A DNA stretch of 29,156 nt from a virus (IMGVR_UViG_3300025390_000031:1-29156), one strand, 5' to 3'; numbered from the stretch's first letter, positions 16,697 to 24,127 are shown. The notes: generated by a model not told the origin, from the letters alone. Translations and numbers: made by a program.

Positions 16697-16923
16697 AACT
16701 CTTTAAGGATATCCTTACAGAAGATGATAACCAAACCTATTGTGCTGCGCGTGTTGGAGCTATTGCTTCTATTTTTGGGTTTTTGGCTATCGCTATTATT
16801 CATGTCTTACATGGTAGAGATATTGATTTTTCTCAGCTCGGCGTAGGGATTGGTACAGTCCTTGGCGGATCAGGCGTAATGATCGGGGCTAAAGCAGCGA
16901 CTCAAAAGACTGAGGATAGATAA
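16693..16923 (+). CDS. Putative holin
   Basis: 76 aa with two hydrophobic segments and a charged C-terminus, adjacent to spanins and endolysin. Confidence 0.65.
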   Translation: MKLFKDILTEDDNQTYCAARVGAIASIFGFLAIAIIHVLHGRDIDFSQLGVGIGTVLGGSGVMIGAKAATQKTEDR

Positions 16924-17351
16924 TGTGGTCAAAAGCGTTAGGGCTTTTAAATGGGTATTTTAACTACGTCAAGATTGCTGCCGGAATCCTTGGCATACTT
17001 GGCTGCATTTATGTTGGCTGGCATATACGCGATTTGGATTTTAAAGCCTATAAAGCTGAACAAGCCGCGCAAACTCAAAAGCTCCAAGACCAACATCAAT
17101 CTGCCGCAGACCAAATAGAGAAAGACAAAAATGCTCAAATTAAAGCTATTAACGATCAGCTTGCTGACGCTCTTATGCAGTTGCGTTCACGTCCCAGTAG
17201 AACCGAAACTACCGCAACTAGATCGGGTGGAACTGGGTCAACCCTTTATGCCGAAGATGCAGGATTTCTTATTAGGGAAGCTGCCAGAGCAGACGAAATT
17301 AGGTCAGGACTCCAAGCCTGTTACGCCCAATACGATGCGATAAGTAAATGA
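16923..17351 (+). CDS. Rz: Inner-membrane spanin (Rz-like)
   Basis: N-terminal TM helix, periplasmic coiled coil, C-terminal A.RAD.....LQACY; contains an embedded lipoprotein ORF. Confidence 0.8.
   Translation: MWSKALGLLNGYFNYVKIAAGILGILGCIYVGWHIRDLDFKAYKAEQAAQTQKLQDQHQSAADQIEKDKNAQIKAINDQLADALMQLRSRPSRTETTATRSGGTGSTLYAEDAGFLIREAARADEIRSGLQACYAQYDAISK
17131..17343 (+). CDS. Rz1: Outer-membrane spanin lipoprotein (Rz1-like), embedded in Rz
   Basis: Signal peptide MLKLKLLTISLLTL with lipobox LCSC and Pro-rich mature part, in the +1 frame fully inside Rz. Confidence 0.75.
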   Translation: MLKLKLLTISLLTLLCSCVHVPVEPKLPQLDRVELGQPFMPKMQDFLLGKLPEQTKLGQDSKPVTPNTMR

Positions 17352-17797
17352 CAAAGAACGAGAAAGCCCTTTTAGACACTATTGGTTTCTCCGAGATCGG
17401 CAGAACGCTTTTGGCCAAGTCTGATAATGGCTACAATGTTTTGCTTGGCGGAACACTGTTCTCAAGCTATGCTGACCATCCTCGCAAACTGATTACAGTC
17501 AATGGGCTTTCTAGTACCGCAGCCGGGCGCTATCAAATCCTAGAGCGCTATTTCGATGCCTACAAGAAACAATTACAGTTAATAGATTTCTCCCCCGCTT
17601 CTCAAGACCAGATTGCAATGCAGATGATTAAGGAAGTCGGCGCTGACCATCTGATTAATGATGGCCAGTTTGAGCAAGCAGTTAATAAATGCAGTACGCG
17701 CTGGGCAAGTCTGCCCGGTGCAAAATATGGCCAACACGTCAACGACATGGAACACTTAAAAGCCTATTATGAAAACGTAGGTGGAACAGTAGCATGA
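17348..17797 (+). CDS. Endolysin, lambda R-type lytic transglycosylase
   Basis: LDTIGFSE, GYNV, DHP, STAAGRYQ, DFSPASQD and WASLPGA.YGQ motifs of the lambda lysozyme family. Confidence 0.92.
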   Translation: MTKNEKALLDTIGFSEIGRTLLAKSDNGYNVLLGGTLFSSYADHPRKLITVNGLSSTAAGRYQILERYFDAYKKQLQLIDFSPASQDQIAMQMIKEVGADHLINDGQFEQAVNKCSTRWASLPGAKYGQHVNDMEHLKAYYENVGGTVA

Positions 17798-18006
17798 GCA
17801 GCGATATTTTTGACGATGCTTCGGATTTAGAAGCCTTGCATCGAGAATTAGCCATTAAAGCAATACGAGCAAGAGGGCAAGAAAAGTTTTCTGGCCATTG
17901 CCTTTGCTGTAATGAAGCAGTACCAGAAGGACGATTTTGTTCTGCTGAATGTCGTGAAGATTACGAGCTAGAACAAAAATTCAAGAAAATTACAGGTAAA
18001 AGATAA
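17794..18006 (+). CDS. TraR/DksA-like C4 zinc-finger protein
   Basis: N-terminal DIFDDA (DxxDxA), helix, then CLCC...RFCSAEC. Confidence 0.65.
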   Translation: MSSDIFDDASDLEALHRELAIKAIRARGQEKFSGHCLCCNEAVPEGRFCSAECREDYELEQKFKKITGKR

Positions 18007-18082
18007 GCTATAACCTATAAGTCTTTGTATTTACACAATGTTCGGTTAGTATCCGATTACAACAAGAAGAAGAAGGGTACTT

Positions 18083-19066
18083 ATGGCACTGAAACTTGTA
18101 TGCACAGATCAAGAATTTATAGACCTTTGGGCTAAACTAGGCTCTCCTGTCTTAATGGCTGAAAAGCTGGGTGTTGCTTCTTCTAGTGTCATGAGAAGGC
18201 GAAGCAGTATTGAAACCCGGCTTGGCATTAAATTGGCTACCCATAATTCCCAACGCGATCAAATTAAGCCTAAACCTAAAAAGGTTGAGTTGGCAGCTCA
18301 CAATGTCCGAAGGGGTATTGAGGTAGATAAAGTCAAACGCATCATTGTGTTCTCAGATGCCCACTTTACCGACACCACCACAACGGCCTTTAAAGCCCTC
18401 CTGTTGATGATTAAAAAATTCAAGCCAGAGGTCATCATCTGCAACGGCGATGCGTTCGATGGGCAGGTTTTAAGCCGTTTTCCAAGCATTAATTACGATC
18501 AAAAGCCTAGTGTCCTAGAAGAACTCAAGGCTTGCCGTCAGCATTTAGATGAAATCGAGAAACATAGACCTGCTGGCTGCCGACTAATATGGACGTTGGG
18601 TAACCATGATATGAGATACGAGGCTTGGCTAGTCAATAAAGTCCCCGAATACAGCGGTGTAGATGGCTTCTCATTAAAGTACCATTTCCCCAACTGGGAA
18701 ACTTGTTGGTCATTCTGGATTGGCGAAGATACCGTAGTAAAACACCGGTTTAAAGGTGGCCGCACCGCTGGCTACAGCAATTTGCTGGCGGCGGGTAATA
18801 CCAACATTATCACTGGCCATACGCACGTCCTTGCTTGCCAGCCGATTTCCAATTTTCAAGGCACATTTTGGGGCATCCAGACCGGTTGTTTGGCCGATCC
18901 GATGTCCAGTACCTTCGAGTATTGCGAGGATTCTCCTAAAGATTGGCGCAGTGGCTTTGTGATGCTATCCTTTGACCAAGGCCGGATGCTAATGCCAGAG
19001 ATGATTATGGTGTCCGATGAAGAAAACGGAGAAATAGAATTTCGTGGGTGCATAACAAAAGTATGA
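18083..19066 (+). CDS. Calcineurin-like metallophosphoesterase with N-terminal HTH-like region
   Basis: SDAH, NGDAFD, GNHD, KH and GHTH motifs; N-terminal MAEKLGVASSSVMRRR resembles a helix-turn-helix. Confidence 0.88.
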   Translation: MALKLVCTDQEFIDLWAKLGSPVLMAEKLGVASSSVMRRRSSIETRLGIKLATHNSQRDQIKPKPKKVELAAHNVRRGIEVDKVKRIIVFSDAHFTDTTTTAFKALLLMIKKFKPEVIICNGDAFDGQVLSRFPSINYDQKPSVLEELKACRQHLDEIEKHRPAGCRLIWTLGNHDMRYEAWLVNKVPEYSGVDGFSLKYHFPNWETCWSFWIGEDTVVKHRFKGGRTAGYSNLLAAGNTNIITGHTHVLACQPISNFQGTFWGIQTGCLADPMSSTFEYCEDSPKDWRSGFVMLSFDQGRMLMPEMIMVSDEENGEIEFRGCITKV

Positions 19067-19491
19067 CTACTATCGTTGGTGATTGGGACAAAAAAATCTT
19101 GGTATCGGATAGTCAATTTTCAGACGAAGATACTGGCATTAAATATTTTGAAGAAAAAATTGTCGCAATAGATGGCGGGTGGTTAGGCGTGGCCGGCAAT
19201 TGGAGCGATTGCGAAAAAGTAGTGGATTACATCAATAAGAAAAGCAAAGTTAAACCAAAGCTCAAGCCTGATAGTTCTTTTATTAGGCTAACTAAAGAAG
19301 GTCTTTTTTATTGTGGTGACGATCTTGAATGGGAACGCGCTAAAACCTTTATGGCTATTGGTTCTGGTGCAATGGCAGCCGAAGTCTGCATGAGAATGGG
19401 CTTGTCCGCAGAAGAAGCAGTTAAATGGGCTTGCAATGTAGATTTAAAAAGCCATGAGCCTATAAAAACTTATTCATTACTAGACAAATAA
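19063..19491 (+). CDS. Ntn-hydrolase (HslV/proteasome beta-like) protein
   Basis: Likely start ATG 19063 (ATGA overlap), giving M-TTIVG. SDSQ, KI, GVAG, AIGSG and A.EAV..A..D motifs. Confidence 0.75.
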   Translation: MTTIVGDWDKKILVSDSQFSDEDTGIKYFEEKIVAIDGGWLGVAGNWSDCEKVVDYINKKSKVKPKLKPDSSFIRLTKEGLFYCGDDLEWERAKTFMAIGSGAMAAEVCMRMGLSAEEAVKWACNVDLKSHEPIKTYSLLDK

Positions 19492-19801
19492 TTTTGTGTC
19501 TAGTAACAAAATGTAACTTATAAGTATCAATTTTTTATACATATTGATACCTATATGTACAGTTATTGACAAAAAGTAGCCATATCAACAGTTTTGTTAA
19601 CATTTTTGTAAAGTTTTGACGGCTGATTGTAAAGTTGTTGACATTGGATTGTAAAGTTAATGGCTCAATACGCAGTCCGTATATGTATAAAGCCTTATTA
19701 ATGAATCATTTTTAAGCTACTGACTTTTCGTACAAAATACCCCGATCGGTAACTTTATTGATATTTCATGCACTTTTTCATACATTCTTCCTGTTCGGGA
19801 A
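19477..19801. repeat. Non-coding array of inverted repeats and a direct repeat between convergent genes
   Basis: TTACTAGACA-N10-TGTCTAGTAA; ACTTATAAGT; TATAAGTATCAAT-N11-ATTGATACCTATA; ATTGACA-N11-TATCAAC; TGTTAACA; 3x TTGTAAAGTT; ATACG-N5-CGTAT; AATGAATCATT; CCGATCGG; TTCC-N6-GGAA. Confidence 0.8.
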
Positions 19802-19810
19802 ACTTTTTTT
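19788..19810 (+). terminator. Weak candidate intrinsic terminator
   Basis: UUCCU-GUUC-GGGAA 5-bp hairpin followed by AC and seven U. May instead be one of the DNA palindromes. Confidence 0.3.
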
Positions 19811-19952
19811 ATTTAGCCAACAAATACAGCCCGATGTTAGAGAAAGCATAGCCGCCATATACAACCGTCATATATGGATTGCCTTTGAAAAGCTGTTCTG
19901 CCGCTATATAAGCGTAGATTAAGCCTGTAAGAACAATTAACCAACTGCTCAT
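19809..19952 (-). CDS. Small membrane protein (47 aa)
   Basis: Start ATG 19952 (MSSWLIVLTG...) overlaps the upstream stop; two hydrophobic segments. Confidence 0.65.
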   Translation of the reverse strand: MSSWLIVLTGLIYAYIAAEQLFKGNPYMTVVYGGYAFSNIGLYLLAK

Positions 19953-20179
19953 ATATTGGCCAATAAACGATGCAATCTTGCATTGAACCAACGCCTAACA
20001 GCATAGCTACGAATTACTGAGATGACAGTGTATAGCAGACCCATATAGAAGTTAGCTAACAGACTAATGTGAAAGCCAAACAGCGGAAATATCAACAAAT
20101 TGGCGATGTAATTAATAGTAAACCCTATCAGTACATTCACCCATGCTTCAATAAACGAACCTAGTCTAGTTTGACTCAT
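19949..20179 (-). CDS. Small two-TM phage membrane protein
   Basis: MSQTRLGSFIEA..NV.IG...S.IRSY.VRRWFN, a recognisable conserved phage hypothetical pattern. Confidence 0.75.
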   Translation of the reverse strand: MSQTRLGSFIEAWVNVLIGFTINYIANLLIFPLFGFHISLLANFYMGLLYTVISVIRSYAVRRWFNARLHRLLANI

Positions 20180-20358
20180 TTCTCTTGTGCCTTATTTGTA
20201 TTAGGTTTTCTACCATCTTCATATCCATTGTCATAAGCCCTAATTTTTTCTGCTTTCAACGCCTTTATTTCAGCTTGTTGCTGGCGTAGCATATCGTTAA
20301 GTCTTAAAATTACTAACTTAGCGCCTTCTAAATCTTCAGCTAGTTCATTTGCAGTCAT
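20176..20358 (-). CDS. Hypothetical coiled-coil protein
   Basis: 60 aa, ATGA-coupled on both sides. Confidence 0.65.
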   Translation of the reverse strand: MTANELAEDLEGAKLVILRLNDMLRQQQAEIKALKAEKIRAYDNGYEDGRKPNTNKAQEK

Positions 20359-20705
20359 GGCATGAATTCTGATGGCGGGCGATCATCGCCTTCTTTATAT
20401 GTCTTAGAAAACAGCGTTAGCATCCGTAGATTGCACATAGCATGAGCAAGGTGGGGTAGCCCCGACTCCTCATCGTTCTCCTCACCAGCTTGCCATTTAG
20501 ACAGGTGGCGCAAGGCACAAGCCAAGGGTACAGACCAATCCATTCCTTTAGCCCAGTTCCATGCAGCGTACTTTTGTTTGCCATACATCCACACTTTGGC
20601 TTCATCTTCAAGCGTACAAAGAGGAATGAGGCTTAAATCAGGCTTACCTGCGTTATAACGAGCGCCTGAGCCTTTTTCAGTGCTATTCACATCACCAATG
20701 TTCAA
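20355..20705 (-). CDS. dATP/dGTP diphosphohydrolase domain protein (DUF5664-like)
   Basis: G.RYN.GKP.LSLIP, YG..KY..WNW.KG, A.RHL..W..GE..D.ESGLPHLAHA.CN. Probable TTG start at 20705, 9 nt after GGAGG; the ORF track extends to 20723. Confidence 0.8.
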   Translation of the reverse strand: MNIGDVNSTEKGSGARYNAGKPDLSLIPLCTLEDEAKVWMYGKQKYAAWNWAKGMDWSVPLACALRHLSKWQAGEENDEESGLPHLAHAMCNLRMLTLFSKTYKEGDDRPPSEFMP

Positions 20706-20866
20706 AATGTTTTTCCTCCCCAAACTTGCTGCTCTAAATGGCGTACATAGCTATTTTGATGGTCGATATGCTTCATGAGCTTGTCATACGCTAGACGCCA
20801 ATAATCAGCATCAGCTAAAGCCTTAGCCAACTTTTCTTGCAACTTAGCAATCTCTATTTCATCCAT
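20702..20866 (-). CDS. Hypothetical coiled-coil protein (54 aa)
   Basis: Start ATG 20866 (MDEIEIAKLQ...) overlapping the upstream TAA. Confidence 0.6.
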   Translation of the reverse strand: MDEIEIAKLQEKLAKALADADYWRLAYDKLMKHIDHQNSYVRHLEQQVWGGKTF

Positions 20867-21417
20867 TATCTGAATCCTGAGATTCTTGGCGAGAAAACAT
20901 ACGTTGCTTGCCAAATATCCGGCTTAGGCTGGACGTTATCATCCACCAGACCACGAATATTCCAGCCCAAATTAACATAGATACAACGGCTAAAACCAAT
21001 AGGGGTAACAAGAGTAAATTGAAATAGTCCATTAACTGATACCTTACACCAGCCCGCTTTCGCATTGTCGTTGTCCTTAATTGTTTTATCGCCCTGTACC
21101 GAAGTGGTATAAGGAGTTCCTAAATAGCGTAACGCGAAGCTATACGCTGGATTGCGCCATAGCCAATGAACTTGTGACCACCATTGACCCGGCGGAAACA
21201 TTGTTTGAAAAGTAGCATCGCCATTAAGTGAATTATCTGGCGTCATAAACCAGTCTAAACAGGTCGGCAATCGTGGCTCTACTGCCTCATAGCTATGATT
21301 ATCACACCAGCCCAATATCGGCCTAGCAAACAATACCAAAATGGGAGCTAAAGGTATTGAAATAACAGTCAAAATTAAACTAATAGGTACTAATAAAGCA
21401 TAAATTAGATAGATCAT
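20866..21417 (-). CDS. Membrane-anchored conserved phage hypothetical protein
   Basis: 183 aa; N-terminal TM, then LP..L.WF.TPDN.L.GD, WLWRNPAY.F and NLGW motifs. Confidence 0.75.
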   Translation of the reverse strand: MIYLIYALLVPISLILTVISIPLAPILVLFARPILGWCDNHSYEAVEPRLPTCLDWFMTPDNSLNGDATFQTMFPPGQWWSQVHWLWRNPAYSFALRYLGTPYTTSVQGDKTIKDNDNAKAGWCKVSVNGLFQFTLVTPIGFSRCIYVNLGWNIRGLVDDNVQPKPDIWQATYVFSPRISGFR

Positions 21418-21584
21418 TTTTGTTCCTCTGGTTTAGGCATAACACTTGCACCGCTTTCAACAATTACTACTGGCTCGTATCGCATCCAGCCCAAGAACGG
21501 TATAGGTTCTTGACAGTTGCAAGGCAAGCGCCCTTGTTGGCAATTACCATTGCAACCTAATTCTGAAAGTGTCCAAGTAGTCAT
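21414..21584 (-). CDS. Small Cys-motif protein (56 aa; not in ORF track)
   Basis: MTTWTLSELGCNGNCQQGRLPCNCQEPIPFLGW...PKPEEQK; ATGA overlaps at both ends. Confidence 0.6.
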   Translation of the reverse strand: MTTWTLSELGCNGNCQQGRLPCNCQEPIPFLGWMRYEPVVIVESGASVMPKPEEQK

Positions 21585-21676
21585 GATTGTGTTATTACTT
21601 TAATTAAAATATAAAGTATAAAACCCCAAGCAGCTATACCGCTAATTAATAAAAAAAGAAATAATAACTCGGTCAT
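21581..21676 (-). CDS. Single-TM micropeptide (31 aa; not in ORF track)
   Basis: MTELLFLFLLISGIAAWGFILYILIKVITQS; ATGA overlaps at both ends. Confidence 0.55.
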   Translation of the reverse strand: MTELLFLFLLISGIAAWGFILYILIKVITQS

Positions 21677-21774
21677 ACTAAGCCCCCTATACGAATGGCC
21701 AATCGAAGGACTGACATCAAAATGACGGCAGCTATAGCAATGGTGGCAATGGCCACTTTGTCAGCCCAGCTCAC
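21673..21774 (-). CDS. Single-TM micropeptide (33 aa; not in ORF track)
   Basis: GTG start, MSWADKVAIATIAIAAVILMSVLRLAIRIGGLV; GTGA and ATGA overlaps. Confidence 0.55.
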   Translation of the reverse strand: MSWADKVAIATIAIAAVILMSVLRLAIRIGGLV

Positions 21775-21938
21775 GCGTAGTCTGCCGTCTTGAGTAATAG
21801 CAATTGAACATAAGTCTGTAGCTCTTGAACCTTATCGTAAATAGGCTTGCGGCCATTGATCTGCTGGTTATTACACAGTATTTCGATTTGGTTAATAAGC
21901 TGACGAGCGTGAGCGATATCAGTTAGAAGTGTGTTCAT
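21771..21938 (-). CDS. Hypothetical protein (55 aa; not in ORF track)
   Basis: MNTLLTDIAHARQLINQIEILCNNQQINGRKPIYDKVQELQTYVQLLLLKTADYA; coupled on both sides. Confidence 0.6.
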   Translation of the reverse strand: MNTLLTDIAHARQLINQIEILCNNQQINGRKPIYDKVQELQTYVQLLLLKTADYA

Positions 21939-22153
21939 TTGATCCTCGCTACTTTGGCACGTTTTAAGGTTTGCTCATACAGTTCTTTAGCGCCGTCATC
22001 TAATGCGCGTAATGGCAACTCTTGGTAATACTTCCACTTATCGCGGTACTCTTGCAACTCTGATGGCGGTGTCCAGCCATATTGATTGCGCCATCGTGTC
22101 GTAATGTCAGTGCCAGATGCAGTCCAAATATAAGGTACGTTAGGTGTTCTCAT
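21935..22153 (-). CDS. Hypothetical protein
   Basis: 72 aa, RBS GAGGA, TDIT.RWR..YGWTPPSE motif. Confidence 0.7.
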   Translation of the reverse strand: MRTPNVPYIWTASGTDITTRWRNQYGWTPPSELQEYRDKWKYYQELPLRALDDGAKELYEQTLKRAKVARIK

Positions 22154-22177
22154 GATTTTTCCTCTAGTTAAATCAAA

Positions 22178-22399
22178 TTAAGCGGCTACTAATTTCTTTA
22201 ATTCTTTCCGTTCTCTCGCCGCACGAAGAACGGTGTACCGTTGGTGTAAGCGCTGGACAATTGACCATCGCTTCTCACCTTCAAGTTCTTTTTCTAACAG
22301 GCTCTCTACTTCAGCTTCACTCAAAGTAGACAGAATATCTGTTAATGATCTCCAGCTATAGGCCTTTACTGGAACTTCATCTTTTTTAAACCATTTCAT
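22178..22399 (-). CDS. Hypothetical protein
   Basis: Likely ATG 22399 after AAAGGA; L.E.EV..LL..E...R.....RLHQRY..LRA.RER. Confidence 0.7.
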   Translation of the reverse strand: MKWFKKDEVPVKAYSWRSLTDILSTLSEAEVESLLEKELEGEKRWSIVQRLHQRYTVLRAARERKELKKLVAA

Positions 22400-22423
22400 T
22401 GCTAATCCTTTCAAAGTTCATTA

Positions 22424-22451
22424 AATGTAACAGATTTATTTGTAATGTAAA
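22424..22451 (-). promoter_or_regulatory. Candidate sigma70 promoter for the small-ORF operon
   Basis: Minus strand TTTACA-N16-TACATT with TG extension, in the intergenic gap. Confidence 0.5.
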
Positions 22452-22455
22452 ACAA

Positions 22456-23808
22456 TTATTTCAATTCTTCTAAAGCAATCTCTGAAATAGCCCTTTTATC
22501 GGCCAAAGCAGCCCAGACTTTTTCATCAATTGTTTTGTTAGTTAACAGGATATAGCACCAGACTTCATGCTTTTGACCGCCACGATGTAGACGCCCTACA
22601 GTTTGTTCATACAGCTCTAAACTCCAAGGTAAAGACACAAACACAATCTTGTTACCGCCATATTGTAAATTGAGGCCATGCCCCGCAGACTTAGGATGTA
22701 TAAGGAGTAGCTCGATTTTGCCTTCGTTCCAACGCTCGATGGCTTTGGGCGCATCAATCGTTTGAGCATGAGGGTATCTGCGCTGTAATTCAGCCAGCTC
22801 CTCTTTGTAGTTGTAGACAATAATGGTATTGGCTCGCTGGTTCTCTGCCAGCAAATCATCAAGCAATTCAAACTTGTGGCTGGAAAACCACACCGGCTGT
22901 TGATTCATGATAAATTTGCCGGGGCTAGTAGGGTCTGGTTTACGATCAGAGATGTAGATAAAGCCTGACCCCATCTGCTGTAGCTTTTGAGTAACCACCG
23001 CAGCGTTAGCTGCAATAGCTTTGGCATCTGGAAATTGATAAACAAAATCCTTCTTCATCTTTTCGTATGGCTCACGATCTGGCAGATCGCAACGCATCTC
23101 TACGGTGTGCAGTGGTGGCAGCGTATCCTTATACTCTGATGATTCCAGCAAGAATGTCGCTGGCTTAATCACATTCATGACCTTCTCTAGTGAGCCAACT
23201 CTAGGCTCCCATTGGCCAAAATCACGATTGACGCACACAAAATACTGCTGCTGGAACGCTCCTTTGCTACGGCCTAACAAGGTTTGATCCACAATCTTGC
23301 ATTGACCAAAAACATCCTCTAAGCCATTGCTGGTAAAGCTGCCGGTCAACCCCCAGCGTATTTTCATCGGCTCAATTACTTTTAATAGTGCTTTAAATCG
23401 CGCGCCTGATGGGTTCTTGAGGCGAGTCAACTCATCAAATACCACGCCGTCAAAGTTTAAATTTAATTGAGTCAACCATTGCAAATTGTCGTAATTGATG
23501 ACCATGACATGGGTATCCGCAGCGTAGGCCTTTAGACGTTCTCTTGGCGTACCGATACAAATCGACATGGTTAGCCCGGCAGCCCACTTGGGTAGCTCTA
23601 CTGGCCATACGTCAGTGCAGACACGCTTGGGGGCTAGGACTAGCCAGCGTTTGACATGGCCAGCATCAATCATTTCCTTCATGGCTGTCAATGTAATGGC
23701 GGTTTTACCTGCGCCCACTGAGGCCAATACCATAGCCCTATCACGCTCAAAGATAAAGTCGGCGGCCTTCTCTTGATAATCTCTTAGCTTAAACACTTGG
23801 CCAGCCAT
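22456..23808 (-). CDS. SNF2-family helicase
   Basis: LRDYQ, VGAGKT (Walker A), FDELT (Walker B), LTGS, SAGHGLNLQ and QTVGRLHRGGQ. Confidence 0.92.
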   Translation of the reverse strand: MAGQVFKLRDYQEKAADFIFERDRAMVLASVGAGKTAITLTAMKEMIDAGHVKRWLVLAPKRVCTDVWPVELPKWAAGLTMSICIGTPRERLKAYAADTHVMVINYDNLQWLTQLNLNFDGVVFDELTRLKNPSGARFKALLKVIEPMKIRWGLTGSFTSNGLEDVFGQCKIVDQTLLGRSKGAFQQQYFVCVNRDFGQWEPRVGSLEKVMNVIKPATFLLESSEYKDTLPPLHTVEMRCDLPDREPYEKMKKDFVYQFPDAKAIAANAAVVTQKLQQMGSGFIYISDRKPDPTSPGKFIMNQQPVWFSSHKFELLDDLLAENQRANTIIVYNYKEELAELQRRYPHAQTIDAPKAIERWNEGKIELLLIHPKSAGHGLNLQYGGNKIVFVSLPWSLELYEQTVGRLHRGGQKHEVWCYILLTNKTIDEKVWAALADKRAISEIALEELK

Positions 23809-24074
23809 TCATTAATTTGCTCTTTACTCCATAGGCAAGCGTACTGTTGCTTTAAGGCAACCATGTCCGCAGCAAAGATTTCTTGCATGGCTGACAACTC
23901 ACCTTTGGCTCGCTTTAACTCAACAAACCAAGTTTGTCCATTAGGTAAACACGCTATGCGGTCTGACACGCCACGCTGGGTAATTGATTTAAACTTATAG
24001 GTCTTACCCCCGCTGGTTTCAACCACCCAAATAAAGTGCTTTTCAATGTCGCGTTCTAATTCTTTTTTAGTCAT
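23784..24074 (-). CDS. VRR-NUC domain nuclease
   Basis: ERDIE, GVSDRI, FVELKR..G.LS..Q (PD-(D/E)XK), adjacent to the SNF2 helicase. Confidence 0.88.
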   Translation of the reverse strand: MTKKELERDIEKHFIWVVETSGGKTYKFKSITQRGVSDRIACLPNGQTWFVELKRAKGELSAMQEIFAADMVALKQQYACLWSKEQINEWLAKCLS

Positions 24075-24083
24075 GTAAAAAAT

Positions 24084-24112
24084 AATATCACAAAAAGTAT
24101 TGCGCTATACAA
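24084..24112 (-). promoter_or_regulatory. Candidate leftward promoter (VRR-NUC/helicase)
   Basis: Minus strand TTGTAT-N17-GATATT with TG extension; the transcript would be nearly leaderless. Confidence 0.4.
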
Positions 24113-24127
24113 TTCTTGTGTTACACT
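24100..24127 (+). promoter_or_regulatory. Candidate rightward promoter (replication operon)
   Basis: TTGCGC-N16-TACACT with TG extension; overlaps the divergent promoter; RBS AAGGA before 24168. Confidence 0.5.

Noticed and set aside
16450-16803. 117-aa hydrophobic minus-strand ORF
   Set aside because: Antisense shadow of the Lys-rich gene and holin (AAA codons read as Phe) inside a tightly coupled plus-strand operon.
19492-19808. Micro-ORFs, tRNA or a dif site in the intergenic block
   Set aside because: The minus-strand ORFs I found are about 22 aa and not coupled to neighbours. No cloverleaf or convincing XerC/XerD consensus was seen.
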